Of a DNA stretch of 64,000 bases, positions 13,700 through 25,739 are shown in pieces. Within the stretch, counting starts at the first letter, position 1. Every line of letters starts with the position of its first letter. The notes under the pieces were generated by a model. It was not told where the DNA came from, did no database searches, and saw only the letters and a program-made list of their open reading frames with translations. The translations under genes and the position numbers were made by a program. Source of the stretch: Octopus sinensis (taxonomy: Eukaryota); assembly GCF_006345805.1 (NCBI RefSeq), contig NC_043004.1, positions 77,996,001-78,060,000 of the forward strand, in the 5' to 3' direction.

Positions 13700-14035
13700 T
13701 GGCTTCCATGCCGGTGGCACGTTAAAGGGCACCATTCGAGCGTAATTGTTACCAGCGTCGCCTTACTGGCACCTGTGCTGGTGGCATGTATAAAAAGATT
13801 CGAGTGAGGTTGTTGCCAGGACTGCCTGACTGGACCCCATGCCGGTGGCATGTAAAAAGCACCCGCTACACTCTCGGAGTGGTTGGCATTAGGAAGGGCA
13901 TCCAGCTGTAGAAATTCTGACAGATCAAGATTGAAGCCTGGTGCAGCCATCTGGTTCGCCAGCCCTCAGTCAAAATCATCCAACCCATGCTAGCATGGAA
14001 AGCGGACGCTAAACGATGATGATGATGATGATGAT
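13700..14035 (+). mobile_element. RTE 3'-end fragment (representative; similar copies at ~5523-5710, 9283-9540, 14236-14590, 14995-15145, 17455-17740, 19950-20190, 24345-24725, 34677-34780, 36408-36661, 40405-40698, 41568-41830, 48047-48590, 51827-52070, 53326-53700, 55030-55200, 61373-61590, 62160-62413)
   Basis: Shared core cactacactctcggagtggttggcattaggaagggcatccagctgtagaaa...ccaacccatgctagcatggaaagcggacgttaaac(gat)n, matching the 3' end of the long RTE. Confidence 0.9.
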
Positions 14036-15147
14036 ATATATATAGCAAAGTAAAATTGCAAGGTACTGCACGAGTGAAAATATATAGGAAAGAGGATTTG
14101 AAAATGCAGAGGGTTTTTAAAGATATTAATTGACTTGACCAGCTCCACATTTTTTAAAACTTTTTTTTAATAATCCTGGTGCTTATTTTATCAATCTCTT
14201 TTGCTGAACCCACGAAATTATGGGCAGATGTATATATCATCATCATCATCATCATCATCATCATCGTTGGACAGTTTGACTGGGGTCTGGGAAGCCAGGA
14301 GGCTGTACCAGGCTCCAGTCTGATCTGCAGTGTTTCTACAGCTGGATGTCCTTCCTAACGCCAACCACTCCATGAGTGTAGTGGGTGCTTTTTACATGCC
14401 ACCAGCACAGGGGCCAGGGCACAGGCTGGCAACGACCACGATCGGTTGGTGCTTTTTACGTGCCACTGGTACGGAAGCCAGTCAAGGCGGCGCTGGTATC
14501 GGCCACATTTGGATGGTGCATTTTACATGCCACCGGCATGGGTATCACAACTACAATTTCCATTTGATTTTTATTTTGATGTACTTGACTCAATACTATC
14601 TGTATGTATATTGTATGCAGTATATGTATTAATATTTATATCTGTATATTTATGTAAAAAAATAGCATTTGAAGAGTGTTGGAGAATATTCCAGACCAAA
14701 ATATAATGTAAATACTAAAAGTGAGGTTCCTAGTTCCATCAGTCTTGTAATAAATCATTTCAGAAGCAAAGAAATGTAAATATTCCACAGACTAATAAAT
14801 CAATGATTATTAGCATTAATGCTCCGTGATCAATATTCAATACAGCTTCGAGAGACACGAATATGGTAAGACCGCAAAGTGGTGAAGAATCAGAGGAGTT
14901 TCATTGTTCTAATCACAAGTTCAAGTTCTGCCAAGGGAAGAATTTACCGATTATCCACCTAGAGTTCAATAGAATAAATATTCTGGGGTTTGGGTTTTCC
15001 ATGCTGGCATGGGTTGGATGGTTTGAAAGGAACTGACAAGGCTGGGGGTGGCAACAAGTTCAACTGTCTGTTTTGGCATGGTTTTTACAGCTGGATGCCC
15101 TTCCTAATGCCAACGACTTTATAGAATGTATTGAGTGCTTTTTACTG

Positions 15148-15527
15148 AGAGTGATAAAAATCAAACATCCAGTCAACATCATGGTATTTAGAGCAATCAC
15201 TAGTGATGGCGACATTATGCTTTTATTCATCTTCCCACACAGCCTGAGACTCAACATGGAGGCCTACACCAAGTGCCTAGAGGAGGTAGTGCTGCCCTGG
15301 ATCAAGAAGGTGGCTGCTGGAACACCTCATGCCTGGCAACAGGACTCTGCACCATGCCACACAAGCGGGAGAACCCAGTTAAGGCTATCAGACAGTTTCT
15401 ACGACCACATCACTCCTAACATCTGGCCACCAACTTCCCAGACTACAACCCCCTTGATTATTATGTGTGGGGCACAGTTGAATGAGAGACCAGCAAAACT
15501 CCTTGTAACACCAAAGATGAACTGAAG
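15148..15527 (+). mobile_element. Tc1/mariner superfamily transposase fragment, DD37D (maT-like)
   Basis: KHPVNIMVF...WQQDSAPCHT...WPP/(frameshift)PDYNPLDYYVWG; 37 residues between the second and third Asp after repairing the frameshift. Confidence 0.85.
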
Positions 15528-16067
15528 TAAAGGGTTCAAATTCCGCCGAGGTCGACTTTGCCTTTCATCCTTTCGGGGTCGATAAATTAAGTACCAGTTA
15601 CGCACTGGGGTCAATGTAATCGACTTAATCCATTTGTCTGTCCTTGTTTGTCTCCTCTGTGTTTAGCCCCTAGTGGGTAGTAAAAAAAAATTTTTTTTAA
15701 TAAAATTTAACTCCCTCCTTGCATCATATGGCTATTGCCCATACTGGAGCACAAGGCGCTGAAGGGATCACAAAGCAACATGAAAAAATAAAATGTTTTG
15801 CTCAAGAGCACAACACACTGCTGGGTGTGGGAATTGAAACCCCAAACTTATTGTTATGAGTGTGGCACTAACCACTATGCCACAGGTTTCCACTTTCTAC
15901 ATATATTACATCTAAGAAAAGAAGAGTTGGAATGGCCATGGTCAGAATCCTTTTGCTCGTAGATTAGCTCAATCAAAGCTTACCTAGGGCTACACAAGCA
16001 ACAACAACAACAACCACAACAAGGCAGGATGAAATACTAAGAATGAAATTAAATCCAAGGAACTTAC

Positions 16068-16153
16068 ATCGAAGTTTGTCCATTAATTTTCCTGTACAGA
16101 GATGAGACAACGAAACTTTGAGAGAGAATACCAGAATTCGGCCTTTGTGTTCA
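16068..16153 (-). CDS. Dtn: Dystrobrevin exon (EHKGRILVFSLKVSLSHLCTGKLMDKLR)
   Basis: tttcctttgcag|TGAACAC...CTTCGAT|gtaagt, 86 nt, phase 2/1. Matches GKIxVFxxKxALxxLCxGKxMDKLR. The four exons total 448 nt in one frame. Confidence 0.95.
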
Positions 16154-17066
16154 CTGCAAAGGAAAAAGAAAAACATTATTGAAATACATGGAACCAAAAG
16201 AGAGAGGAGGAGAAGGGGTTGGAAATATAAGTGGCTGATAGAGATTGAGTGAGAATCGTGGTAAAAATGATGTGTGGAGGTGGTGGTGGTGGTGATTATG
16301 AGACTGATTTCTCTAAAGTCGATACCAATGTAAACATAACCTTGCAAAAAGATATCAGCAAAAAAGGATAGAAATCTAAAAAAAAGTAACCAACAATAAT
16401 ATGAATAAAAAAAAAAATGGATAGAGTAGAAGAGATTGCTGAAGAGATGAATTATTGACAGCTGGTAAAAATGGAAAATAGTTCTGTCTTTGACTGAATA
16501 ATTGGAATCTGGAGAGACAGCAAAAAGTCAGTGTGATCATAAATGTATTCCAAGTAAAAAGATTTCTTCAAATATTAAATGTCTGCTGCCAAATCATCAG
16601 ACAGTAGCAAGAAGCTTCATAACTTGGATTACATGTTTAACCAATAAAGAAACAGTATATGGGGTACTGTGGAGAGGAGGTACTATGCAGAGGGGGTACT
16701 ATGGAGAGGTAGGGTACTATGGATGGAGATTGCATATGGTATGGCAACAGTTAATATTGCTAATAATGACAGCTGTCATTTTCTTTTGGAATTTAATTCA
16801 AACAGGAATTAAAGTAAATCAGTTGTTTTGCTTAATGTAAGAATATTCCATTATTTCTGTTCTTCATGGATATTCTGTTGATTAATTTTCAAAGACAACA
16901 TAGAAATATGCACTCACGCACCCATACACATGTGCAACACATACAGATATTAAGATTGACACATACGCACAAGCACACACTCACATTGAGTAAAACACAC
17001 ATTGACAAATATTAGATATCAACAAAATGATACACATATAAATGTGTGCGCACACACACACACACA

Positions 17067-17098
<32 letters not shown>

Positions 17099-17835
17099 CG
17101 CACACACTTGCGCACACACACACACACTTGCACACACACATACACTCACACACACCCACACACATTCACACTCGCACCCGCCACACCTGTTATCCTCATT
17201 TCACAAAAACTCAATCCTAACAAAATCTTGAACGGTTTCACCCTACACTTCAGCACATACAACTTTTCAAATCAAAAGTTGTTTCTTTCTTTGAATTCTT
17301 ATCAAATAATGAAAGATAATAAAAATATATAAATTTTGGAAAATGAACATTAAATGATGGTGATAATGTTCTTTTTTTATTTGTGGAACAAAACATTATT
17401 TCATTTAATGAAAGTCTTTTCACTGATTTATTTTATTTATCTGAGCAAGATGAAATCATCATCATCATCATCATTTAATGTCCATTTTCCATGCTGGCAT
17501 GGGTTGGACAGTTTGACAAGAGCTGGCAAGGCCAGGAGCCATACCAGACTCCAGTTGTCAGTTTTGCATGGTTTCCATGGTTGAATGCCCTTCCTGATGC
17601 CAACCACTTTACAGAGTGTGTTGGGTGCTTTTTATGTGGTACTGTGGTACCATCACGGGTACTTTTTACATGACACCATCACCAATGATTTTTATGGTGC
17701 ACCAGTGCATTTTATGTGGCACCAACACCAAGTACCAAGTACCAATGTATGTTTGATTTCAACTGACAACCATGAATCAAAGCTTTTAATATCACAAAGC
17801 ATTCAGATTGGCTCATTATTATTATTATTATTATT

Positions 17836-18390
17836 GAGTGAGAGAGCAGTGCATCTCATCAAAGTGACACTGGGGTAAAATATACAAAGCCCAGTATACC
17901 CATCATGACTACCCGTCTGATAAGGGTACACTAGGCACATGCATCACAACCATATGTGCGCGACATGGTGATCTCATATCAAGATAAACAGCACATGACC
18001 TTGCAGGTGTGGTCCAGTTAGAATTTTCTTCTACTCGAGTAACCCATCCCACTCAAAAGGTCCCTGAATAAGGGTTGCTTAAGGATGTTGAACGAAACAC
18101 CCATGTTTCCAGAGATGAATTATTCAAACCCCAAAGAATCCCTCTCAACACATGGCTATGATGCTCCCTCACTACTTCTGCACGTGATCAGAGATACACA
18201 TATCGTCGGCCAATAAGGGACATGCTCAACTGGTTAAGGTCAAACAACTGACAAGCAAATCTGTGGTATTGAGCAGAATATTTGCTGTAACCCATCTTTT
18301 ATACCAAAACAAAACAATGTACATAACACTTCCAATCAGTTCAGATCAAAAGCCATGAGAGCCATTGCCTGGTGCTGCATCAGGGCATTT
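17836..18390. mobile_element. Unassigned interspersed repeat embedded in (TTA)n (partial copy ~8975-9085)
   Basis: (TTA)n on both sides; aacacccatgtttccag...caaaccccaaagaa.ccctctcaacaca...cagagatacacatat recurs at 8975-9085. Confidence 0.6.
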
Positions 18391-18601
18391 ATTATTATTA
18401 TTATTATTATTATTAATATTATTATTAATAGTAGAAACCAACATGGAAACTTCTGTATAATAGTTCAACCAGCTAGAAATAGCAACCAAGTCTTCCTCAT
18501 AGAATATGCTATGAGAACTATGAAACAGACAATGAAAATTTTTCTTATAAACAAGATCCTCGAGTGATCAAGTCTTTGTCTCATATGGAGACTACAAATT
18601 G

Positions 18602-18992
18602 TTGCTATTATGCAAAAGTGTCGTAAGTCCAAAACATTTCTTTTTCAGAAAACGAAAAAATAGTTTCACCATTCCATTTCTTTTTACATTAGCAACAGTT
18701 TCAGCCAAACAATAATACTTTGTTGGGTGCATAAAGCCATAACTCTATGCATGTATGATATTTTCAGTTGGAAATATTCTTGCAAAACTATCATATATGG
18801 GATTTACTACACTTTTGAAAAATGCTAAACTGTTGTACTACACTATGACAATCTTCATATCTTGGCATTTGAAGCAGCTGGAGATATGATAGTTTGACCA
18901 AAATAACCAGCTATCGCAAGCAAAATGAAATATTGAAAAAAGAATACATTTGGCCAAATTTGGACATACGACAGTTTAACATAATAGCAATG
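18602..18992. mobile_element. MITE of unassigned family (truncated copy 55748-55956)
   Basis: Imperfect TIR ttgctattatgcaaaagtgtcgtaagtccaaa / tttggacatacgacagtttaacataatagcaa; second copy highly similar. Confidence 0.7.
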
Positions 18993-19440
18993 AAATGTAA
19001 CTCTACATCAGTAGCTCCTCCACACCAACAAAAATCTGTCCTGCTCTGGCATCTTTTCTCATACCCTAACCCAGATGTTCTCAACCAGAATCCATCTGAC
19101 CCCTGGGAGTCCACATAAGATTTTGGGCCCAAAAAAGTAAATTGGGGACCGACAGTAGTATATTAAGCCTTTAGCATTCAGATTACTCCATCAAATGTAA
19201 TATTTATTTACCCGGTTTTGTATCAATTATCTCAGATCTTTGAAATTTTAATGATGTGATTGTATACTTTTAGACTGACATTGTAGAATAAATGTAGGAG
19301 GCTAGACCTAACCAGTTTGAACATAAAACAGGATATTTAGGCCAGATATGGCAGGTTCGAATGCCAAAGGATTAAGGGTTCATGAAAAAGTTTGCCTTTG
19401 GATATTTTTATTGTAAGAAACAGCTAGGCTTCTTTCTCTA

Positions 19441-19581
19441 ATTTACATTATTTACATTTGACAGATATTTGTCCTCATCTTGTTTGTTGTTAACATGTTT
19501 CGGCTGATATATCCTCCAGCCTTCATCAGGTGTCTTGGGGAAATTTAGAACCTGAGTTCTCATTCCTAAAGTATTTTACGA

Positions 19582-19619
<38 letters not shown>

Positions 19620-19792
19620 TATTATTATTCAGGTCACTGCTTCGAATTGAACTCAGAATCTTGGGGTTAGTAGTCCATGCTCTTAACCACTATGCCATAT
19701 GCCCACGGGCATATGGCGTACTGGTTAATGTAAATAATGTACATAATTCCTCATCTCTTAAATATAGAGCTGTATTATCTTTCTCTAATGTT
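19441..19792. mobile_element. Second copy of the tRNA-head/hammerhead palindromic element (right arm internally deleted)
   Basis: Near-identical to 27850-28072; hammerhead core 19492-19534 (-); central palindrome actatgccatatgcc-cacg-ggcatatggcgtact; ends with the opposite-strand tail ...tcctcatctcttaaatatagagctg. Confidence 0.78.
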
Positions 19793-20628
19793 TTACATAT
19801 TTTAATTTGTTTCTGGCCACTGAAATATGTTCTTCCAGAGAGTGTAATTACTAACCTATACAAGTGAATGGGTAAAAAATAGTAATGAAAGGGGCCTGTA
19901 GGAAAAAATAGTTGAGAACCTTCTTCTGGAATTTCTCATCTCCTAGTATAAAGCCACTTTTCTCAAAGTTTGTGGTCTTGCAAGCTGTATGGTCACGTGG
20001 GTAGTGTTAGTCACATGAAACGAAACACTCCAGTACACTCTCTGTGAAATGGTTGGTGACAGGAAGAGCACCCAGCTGTAGAAGCCATTCCAGGGCAGAC
20101 CCTGGGGCACAGTGGAGTCCTTGGGTCGAATGAATCCTGTCAAACCATCCACATCAGCATGGAAGCCGGACGTTAAACGATGATGATGATGGTGATTATG
20201 TAAATTATCATATCACCAATTTTAATTTATTTAATTAGGACATTAACGACCTAACAAAATGAAAAAGATGTTCTAATACATAATCTGACAGAAAGAGAAA
20301 ACAGTTTTTATAAAAATGCTTCAGAATCAAAACTAAATTCACCTGTGACCGAAGAAAGCATAAAAGTTAAATATTGATTTATTATTATTATTATTATTAT
20401 TATCATCATCATTATTATTCCTGTCTTCCTTGAATTTACATGGCAGTCAGGTGGCAGATCCAGAACAAACTAAAAAGTCGTTGGGTGATAATTTCAATTG
20501 CTAATGTTACAAATATGTAATTTTCTTTCCTTTTCTTTTCTTTTCTTTTTTTTTCTGGTTGTTAAAATACATTAGATTTTAGCAGTTTTAAATATATGGA
20601 AATGTCTAGACTTTGCTTTCAACACTTT

Positions 20629-20695
<67 letters not shown>

Positions 20696-20847
20696 CACAA
20701 CTTATACATGCATCCACATATACGTATATACATACACATGCATACATATTCATACAGATATGCATACAAACACACACACACATGGAAAAGTGGATATTAA
20801 AATGATGATATATACACACATTTATCTATCAATCTATGTAAATGATG

Positions 20848-20999
20848 ATATATATGTATGTATGTATAGATTGATGGATAGATGTGTGTATGTATATGTG
20901 TGTCTATATACACTATATATATATATATATATAGTGTATATAGGCACACATATACATACACACATCTATCTATCAATCTATACATACATACATATATAT
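20848..20999. repeat. About 150-bp palindrome of compound microsatellite centred on (TA)n
   Basis: ...gtgtgtctatatacac(ta)n gtgtatataggcacac...; the arms mirror each other with two mismatches. Confidence 0.88.
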
Positions 21000-23045
21000 G
21001 TGTATGTATGTATACACATACGTGCGCGTGTGCATGCATTGCAATCTTTGTTATGTCTGAAATCATTCAAACAGCAAAGAAAATTTGAAACCTGACAAAC
21101 TATCAAAGCAGGTGACTCATAGATTGGACCATTCCACAGTCACAGAAAAGGGGGATTCCACATCCTGTCCCCATTACATTCCATGTGTCTCTGGTTAAGC
21201 CAATTCCTTTCCATAACACTTGATGGGTCATCATGCAAGGTCAAAGCCACTCGTTGCGTTTTTAATAATAAACATTGATTAATTAAACTATACATCCCAA
21301 TTAGATCAACTGTGATTTTCCCCCTAATTTTCCATTGTTCAAACCTTTTATTTTCTATTCATTTTAGTCATTGAACAGTGGCCATGCTGGGGCACCACTT
21401 GAAGCATTTAATCAAACAAATTGACCCCAGTCCTTGTTTTTTCAGTCTGGTATATATTCTGTCAGTTTCTTTTGCCAAACTGCTATGTTACAAGGACATA
21501 AACAGACCAATGCCAGTTGTTCAGCAGTGGAGGAGGTCGAATGCAGACAGAAAGACACACACACACTCAACAGACTTTTTACAGTTTCCATCTACGAAAT
21601 CCACTCACAAGGTTTTGGTGGGCCTGAGGCTATAGTAGAAGATACTTGCCCAAAATGGTGGGACTGAACCTGGAACCATGTGGTGGTTAACAAGCAAACT
21701 TCTTACCACACAGCCATACCTACAGATCACATGGGTTTTCACACAGTTCTTGTCTACCAGACTCATTCACAAGGCATTGGCCAATTTGATTCTAGAAGTG
21801 GAATTGAACTGGGGACCATGTGGTTACAAATTGAGCTTTTTAACCACACAGCCATGGCTGCACCTACGAAAAGCATTAAATAATACCTCATTAACCTATA
21901 TAATTAATGAGGAAAGCTATGTTACTCCTCCTCCTCTTCCTTTCCCCCCTCTCTCCCTCCCCCATGGAACTTTTAATTAAAATAAAAACAACCAAAAACA
22001 TTCCCAAAACAGAAAATTGTTTTAACCAAAAATGTAACCTAATACCAGCAACCAGAAACAAACCAGTGACCTTTCAGCTGGTTCCCTAACACCCCCACCA
22101 AGTCCGTGTGTATGTCCAATGATGACAGAGGATGGACAGGATGTGGTGTTACATTACTCAAATGTTTGTTGTTGTTTAACCCCAGGTCAGCCTGATAGAG
22201 CAGGCCTGTCATCGAGAGGACTCTAACAGTGACAACATCCTGTTATTTATTCAAGCATAATATATCTAAGAGTACATTTATCAATATGTACGCCCTTTTT
22301 TTTATTTAGCCCCAGGCCATTTTTTGTCCAGTAGACCTGATTTCATAGTCATCTCATTCGTGATGATCCTGGTTTTATATTGTTGTGTTAGTTTGTTTCT
22401 TGTCATGAACATAATGGCAGAATGGTTAAGAAGCTCATTTTGCAACCCACATGGTTTCAAGTTCAGTCCTATTGCATGGTACCTAGGGCAGGTGTCTTCA
22501 ACTTATAACCCCAGGCCAAGAGATGCTCTGTGAGTGGATTTGATGGCTGGAAACTGTGTGGAAGCGTTTCATGCACAAACACAAACGTGTGTGTGTGAGG
22601 GGGGGTGTATGTGTGTGAGCGTGCGTGTGTCTGTGTTTGTACCCCATCCACCCCACTTGACAAGTGGTGTTGCTATGTTTATGTCTCTCTAAACTAGCAG
22701 TTCAGCAAAAGCAATCAACAGAATAAGTACCCTAAAAGCCTGCAGTGGCCCCAGTGAGAAGAGCAGTCGAATGACTGGAGCAAAGGAAAGATAAAAGCAA
22801 GGTATATAGGACAACATTATACAAGGGGTCCTTTCCCATTTTTAAGACTTGTAGTGCGAGTTGAGGGAGCTTTTGGTTGCTATATCTAGCATGTAAAGAG
22901 ACTATTTGTGGAGGGGGTACCCCCTATTTATATCATGATGGTGGTGGAGGAGAAGCAGAAAGTATTGATGGTGGTAGCGTCAGAAATCTGAATGGTGTGT
23001 GTATGGCAGTTGAGGTGGTACTGGTGATGGTTGAAAACAATCAAT

Positions 23046-23083
<38 letters not shown>

Positions 23084-23348
23084 TAGAGAGAGAAAAAAAT
23101 TGTACTGACCCCACTGAATGTCGACTTGGAACTTATTGTGGCTTTGCAATAAGTTCCAAGTTGACAAATATCATTGTTTTGATGAAAATTGTTCATTGCT
23201 TGAAAACTATTGGTCAAGTTTAATAAAATTAAATATATACTCAATGCATGAAGTGTCATTGTTGGGCCCAAAGCCCAATGAAGAGCCCTCCACAGGAGCT
23301 AGTTTAAAAGCCCCCCGATGAGGTGGTTTTAAGCTAGTATATTATACA

Positions 23349-23380
<32 letters not shown>

Positions 23381-23692
23381 CAGGGTAGTCATAAAGACTA
23401 GATATCTGGGAAATATCACTTATATTCTTGAGTTTTCCTTTTGCAGAATGAATATGAGTTTGTCCAAAGAAGAAAGAATTCAGTTGGTACTACTCAGTGA
23501 ATGCAAAAAATGATTGTATTGACAAAGAACAGTTAAAACAGTTCTATTGAACATTTGGTATTATTTATAATGGTAGGTAAATTGAGTATCACTGAGAAAG
23601 TATGTTTGTAAATCTTCATGATCAAATAGGTGTACAGGGTTATTGAGTGAGAATACGGTATGGACGGATTTTTGGAGTCCAATAATACCCTG
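23381..23692 (+). mobile_element. Tc1/mariner-like remnant
   Basis: TA|cagggt...accctg|TA termini; internal ATG-start MSLSKEERIQLVLL resembling a transposase N-terminus. Confidence 0.55.
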
Positions 23693-23778
23693 TACACCTA
23701 TTTGATTATGAAGATTTACAAACATACTTTCTCAGTGATACTCAATTTACTTACCATTATAAATAATACCAAATGTTC
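23549..23778. repeat. About 95-bp inverted repeat, ~35-nt spacer
   Basis: Arms 23549-23645 and 23680-23778, with two substitutions plus an indel at the inner end. Confidence 0.92.
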
Positions 23779-23828
23779 TTTTTCAGGCCTTTCATAATGT
23801 GATACAAGTCTTTGGTGTAGCAATTGCA

Positions 23829-23922
23829 TGCGGCTGAAGAGGGCTTTAAACTATCTGTTATGTCAATTATACATTGATGTAAGAATAAGTTGTTTTATAA
23901 AGCTCGAAACATGTGTACTGCG
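23829..23922 (+). ncRNA. Type I hammerhead ribozyme motif, near canonical
   Basis: Stem I tgcgg/ctgcg; CTGAAGA 23834-23840; stem II gggcttta/taaagctc with an inner hairpin; GAAA 23906-23909; quasi-palindromic stem III ACATGTGT; GUA cleavage triplet ending 23917. Confidence 0.8.
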
Positions 23923-24034
23923 ACATCCTTTGTGTTCTGTTTTTTATTTCATTTGATACATGTATCCTCTCACCTCTGCTACTAGCTGGCATATACAGGT
24001 GCTTATACTTATCAAGTATTCACCCTGAATTTAT

Positions 24035-24085
<51 letters not shown>

Positions 24086-24117
24086 ATATCAAAATAAGCA
24101 AAGTCAAGTAGTGATGC

Positions 24118-24272
24118 AGTACGACTGTTTCAAGCGACTCCATTTAATTGAACAATGCAATGATTGCATCAATTTAAAGGCAATGCCACCTTCAGCTTAT
24201 TTTGATTTTATTCACCTTACTTCGAGCTGTGCGGATAATATCGGACTGACTTGGAGTTTCATCTTCAGTACC
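24118..24272 (-). ncRNA. Degenerate hammerhead motif with long stem II
   Basis: Minus strand ggtaCTGAAGAtgaaactcca...tggagtcgcttGAAAcagTCgtact; stem I is offset by one nucleotide. Confidence 0.45.
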
Positions 24273-24297
24273 TAATTCAACTGAATCTCAAATATAC

Positions 24298-24345
<48 letters not shown>

Positions 24346-24988
24346 AAATCAAATTCGATGACTGGCGTCCGTGCTAGCAGGGTGCAAAGAGCACCATACG
24401 AGTGTGACCATTGACAGAGTGGCTAACCGGCTTCCGTGCCAGTGGAACTTAAAAGGCACCATTTGAGCGTGATCGTTACCAGCATCGCCTTACTGGCACC
24501 TGTACCAGTGGCATGTACCAGTCGTTGCCAGTACTGCCTGACTGGCCCCTGTGCCGGTGGCACGTAAAAGCACCCACTACACTCTGAGAGTGGTTGGCAT
24601 TAGGAAGGGCATCCAGCTGTAGAAACTCTGCCAGATCAAGATTGAAGTCTGCAGCCATCTGGTTCGCCAGCCCTCAGTCATTCGTCCAACCCATGCTAGC
24701 ATGGAAAGCGGACATTAAACGAAACGATATATATACATATGTACATACATACACACGCATCTAAATGGTTATGATGATTCTCTTTTCATTTAATAGTTTC
24801 TGCTAACAACACATTTATCTCGAATCAAATCACAAAAAAAAAACTTTTATTTACAAACTTTATGTCAAACCAAACCAAAAAAAAAGAAAAAATAATAAAA
24901 GTAAAGAGTTGCAAGAACAAATAAAAACAAAACTTTGTCAAAAAACCAAACAAAGAAAGAAATATCAGCAAAAAATCCCAGTACAAAC

Positions 24989-25202
24989 CGATCATAGGCA
25001 CTTATTAACCAATTCAGCAACAGATTCACAGATTGATCGACAGAGATTTGTTGTGAACTTGGGAGGCGTTTATTTAGCTGATGGAAGATACTAGAAAGAA
25101 TTGTCTCTAGCCGCGAGACATTGAGTTCAGAATCTGGTTCCAGTGTATTCAGACCATTTTCTCGAAATGCTTCAATAATATTCCAAATGTCCACCAGTAA
25201 TA
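24989..25202 (-). CDS. Dtn: Dystrobrevin exon, EF-hand region ([22 protein letters not shown]...[11 protein letters not shown])
   Basis: ttcatttccag|TATTACTG...TATGATCG|gtttgt, 214 nt, phase 1/2. The [15 protein letters not shown] and LLNWL..AYD motifs are characteristic of dystrobrevin. Confidence 0.97.
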
Positions 25203-25685
25203 CTGGAAATGAAAAAATGAAAAAAAGGTCAAAGAAGACAAGATTCTAATATATTCTGAAATTTTTCTGTTTGTAACCAATATTACATTTGTCAGTTTAA
25301 GATGGCGAGCTGGTAGAATCGGTAAAATGCTGGGCATTTTGTCCATCATTATATTCTGGGTTCAAATGCCACAGAGGTCGACTTGGCCTTTCCTCCTTTT
25401 GGGGTCAATAAAATAAGTACCTTTTGAGCACTAGGGTCAATGTATCAACTTATTCCCTGATGTCCTTGTGCCAAAATTTGAAGTCAATATGAATAGCATA
25501 TTTTAGCACAAGGCCAACAATTTTGTGGGTGAAGGTAAGTCAATCACATCGACACCATTACTCAACTGGTATTTATTTTATCAATTTTGGAAAGATGAAA
25601 AGCAAAGTTAATCTTGGTAAAATCTGAACACAGCATCTCAGACAAAATGCTTAACAGAATTCTAACAATTCTACCAGCTCACCAC

Positions 25686-25732
<47 letters not shown>

Positions 25733-25739
25733 TAATAAT

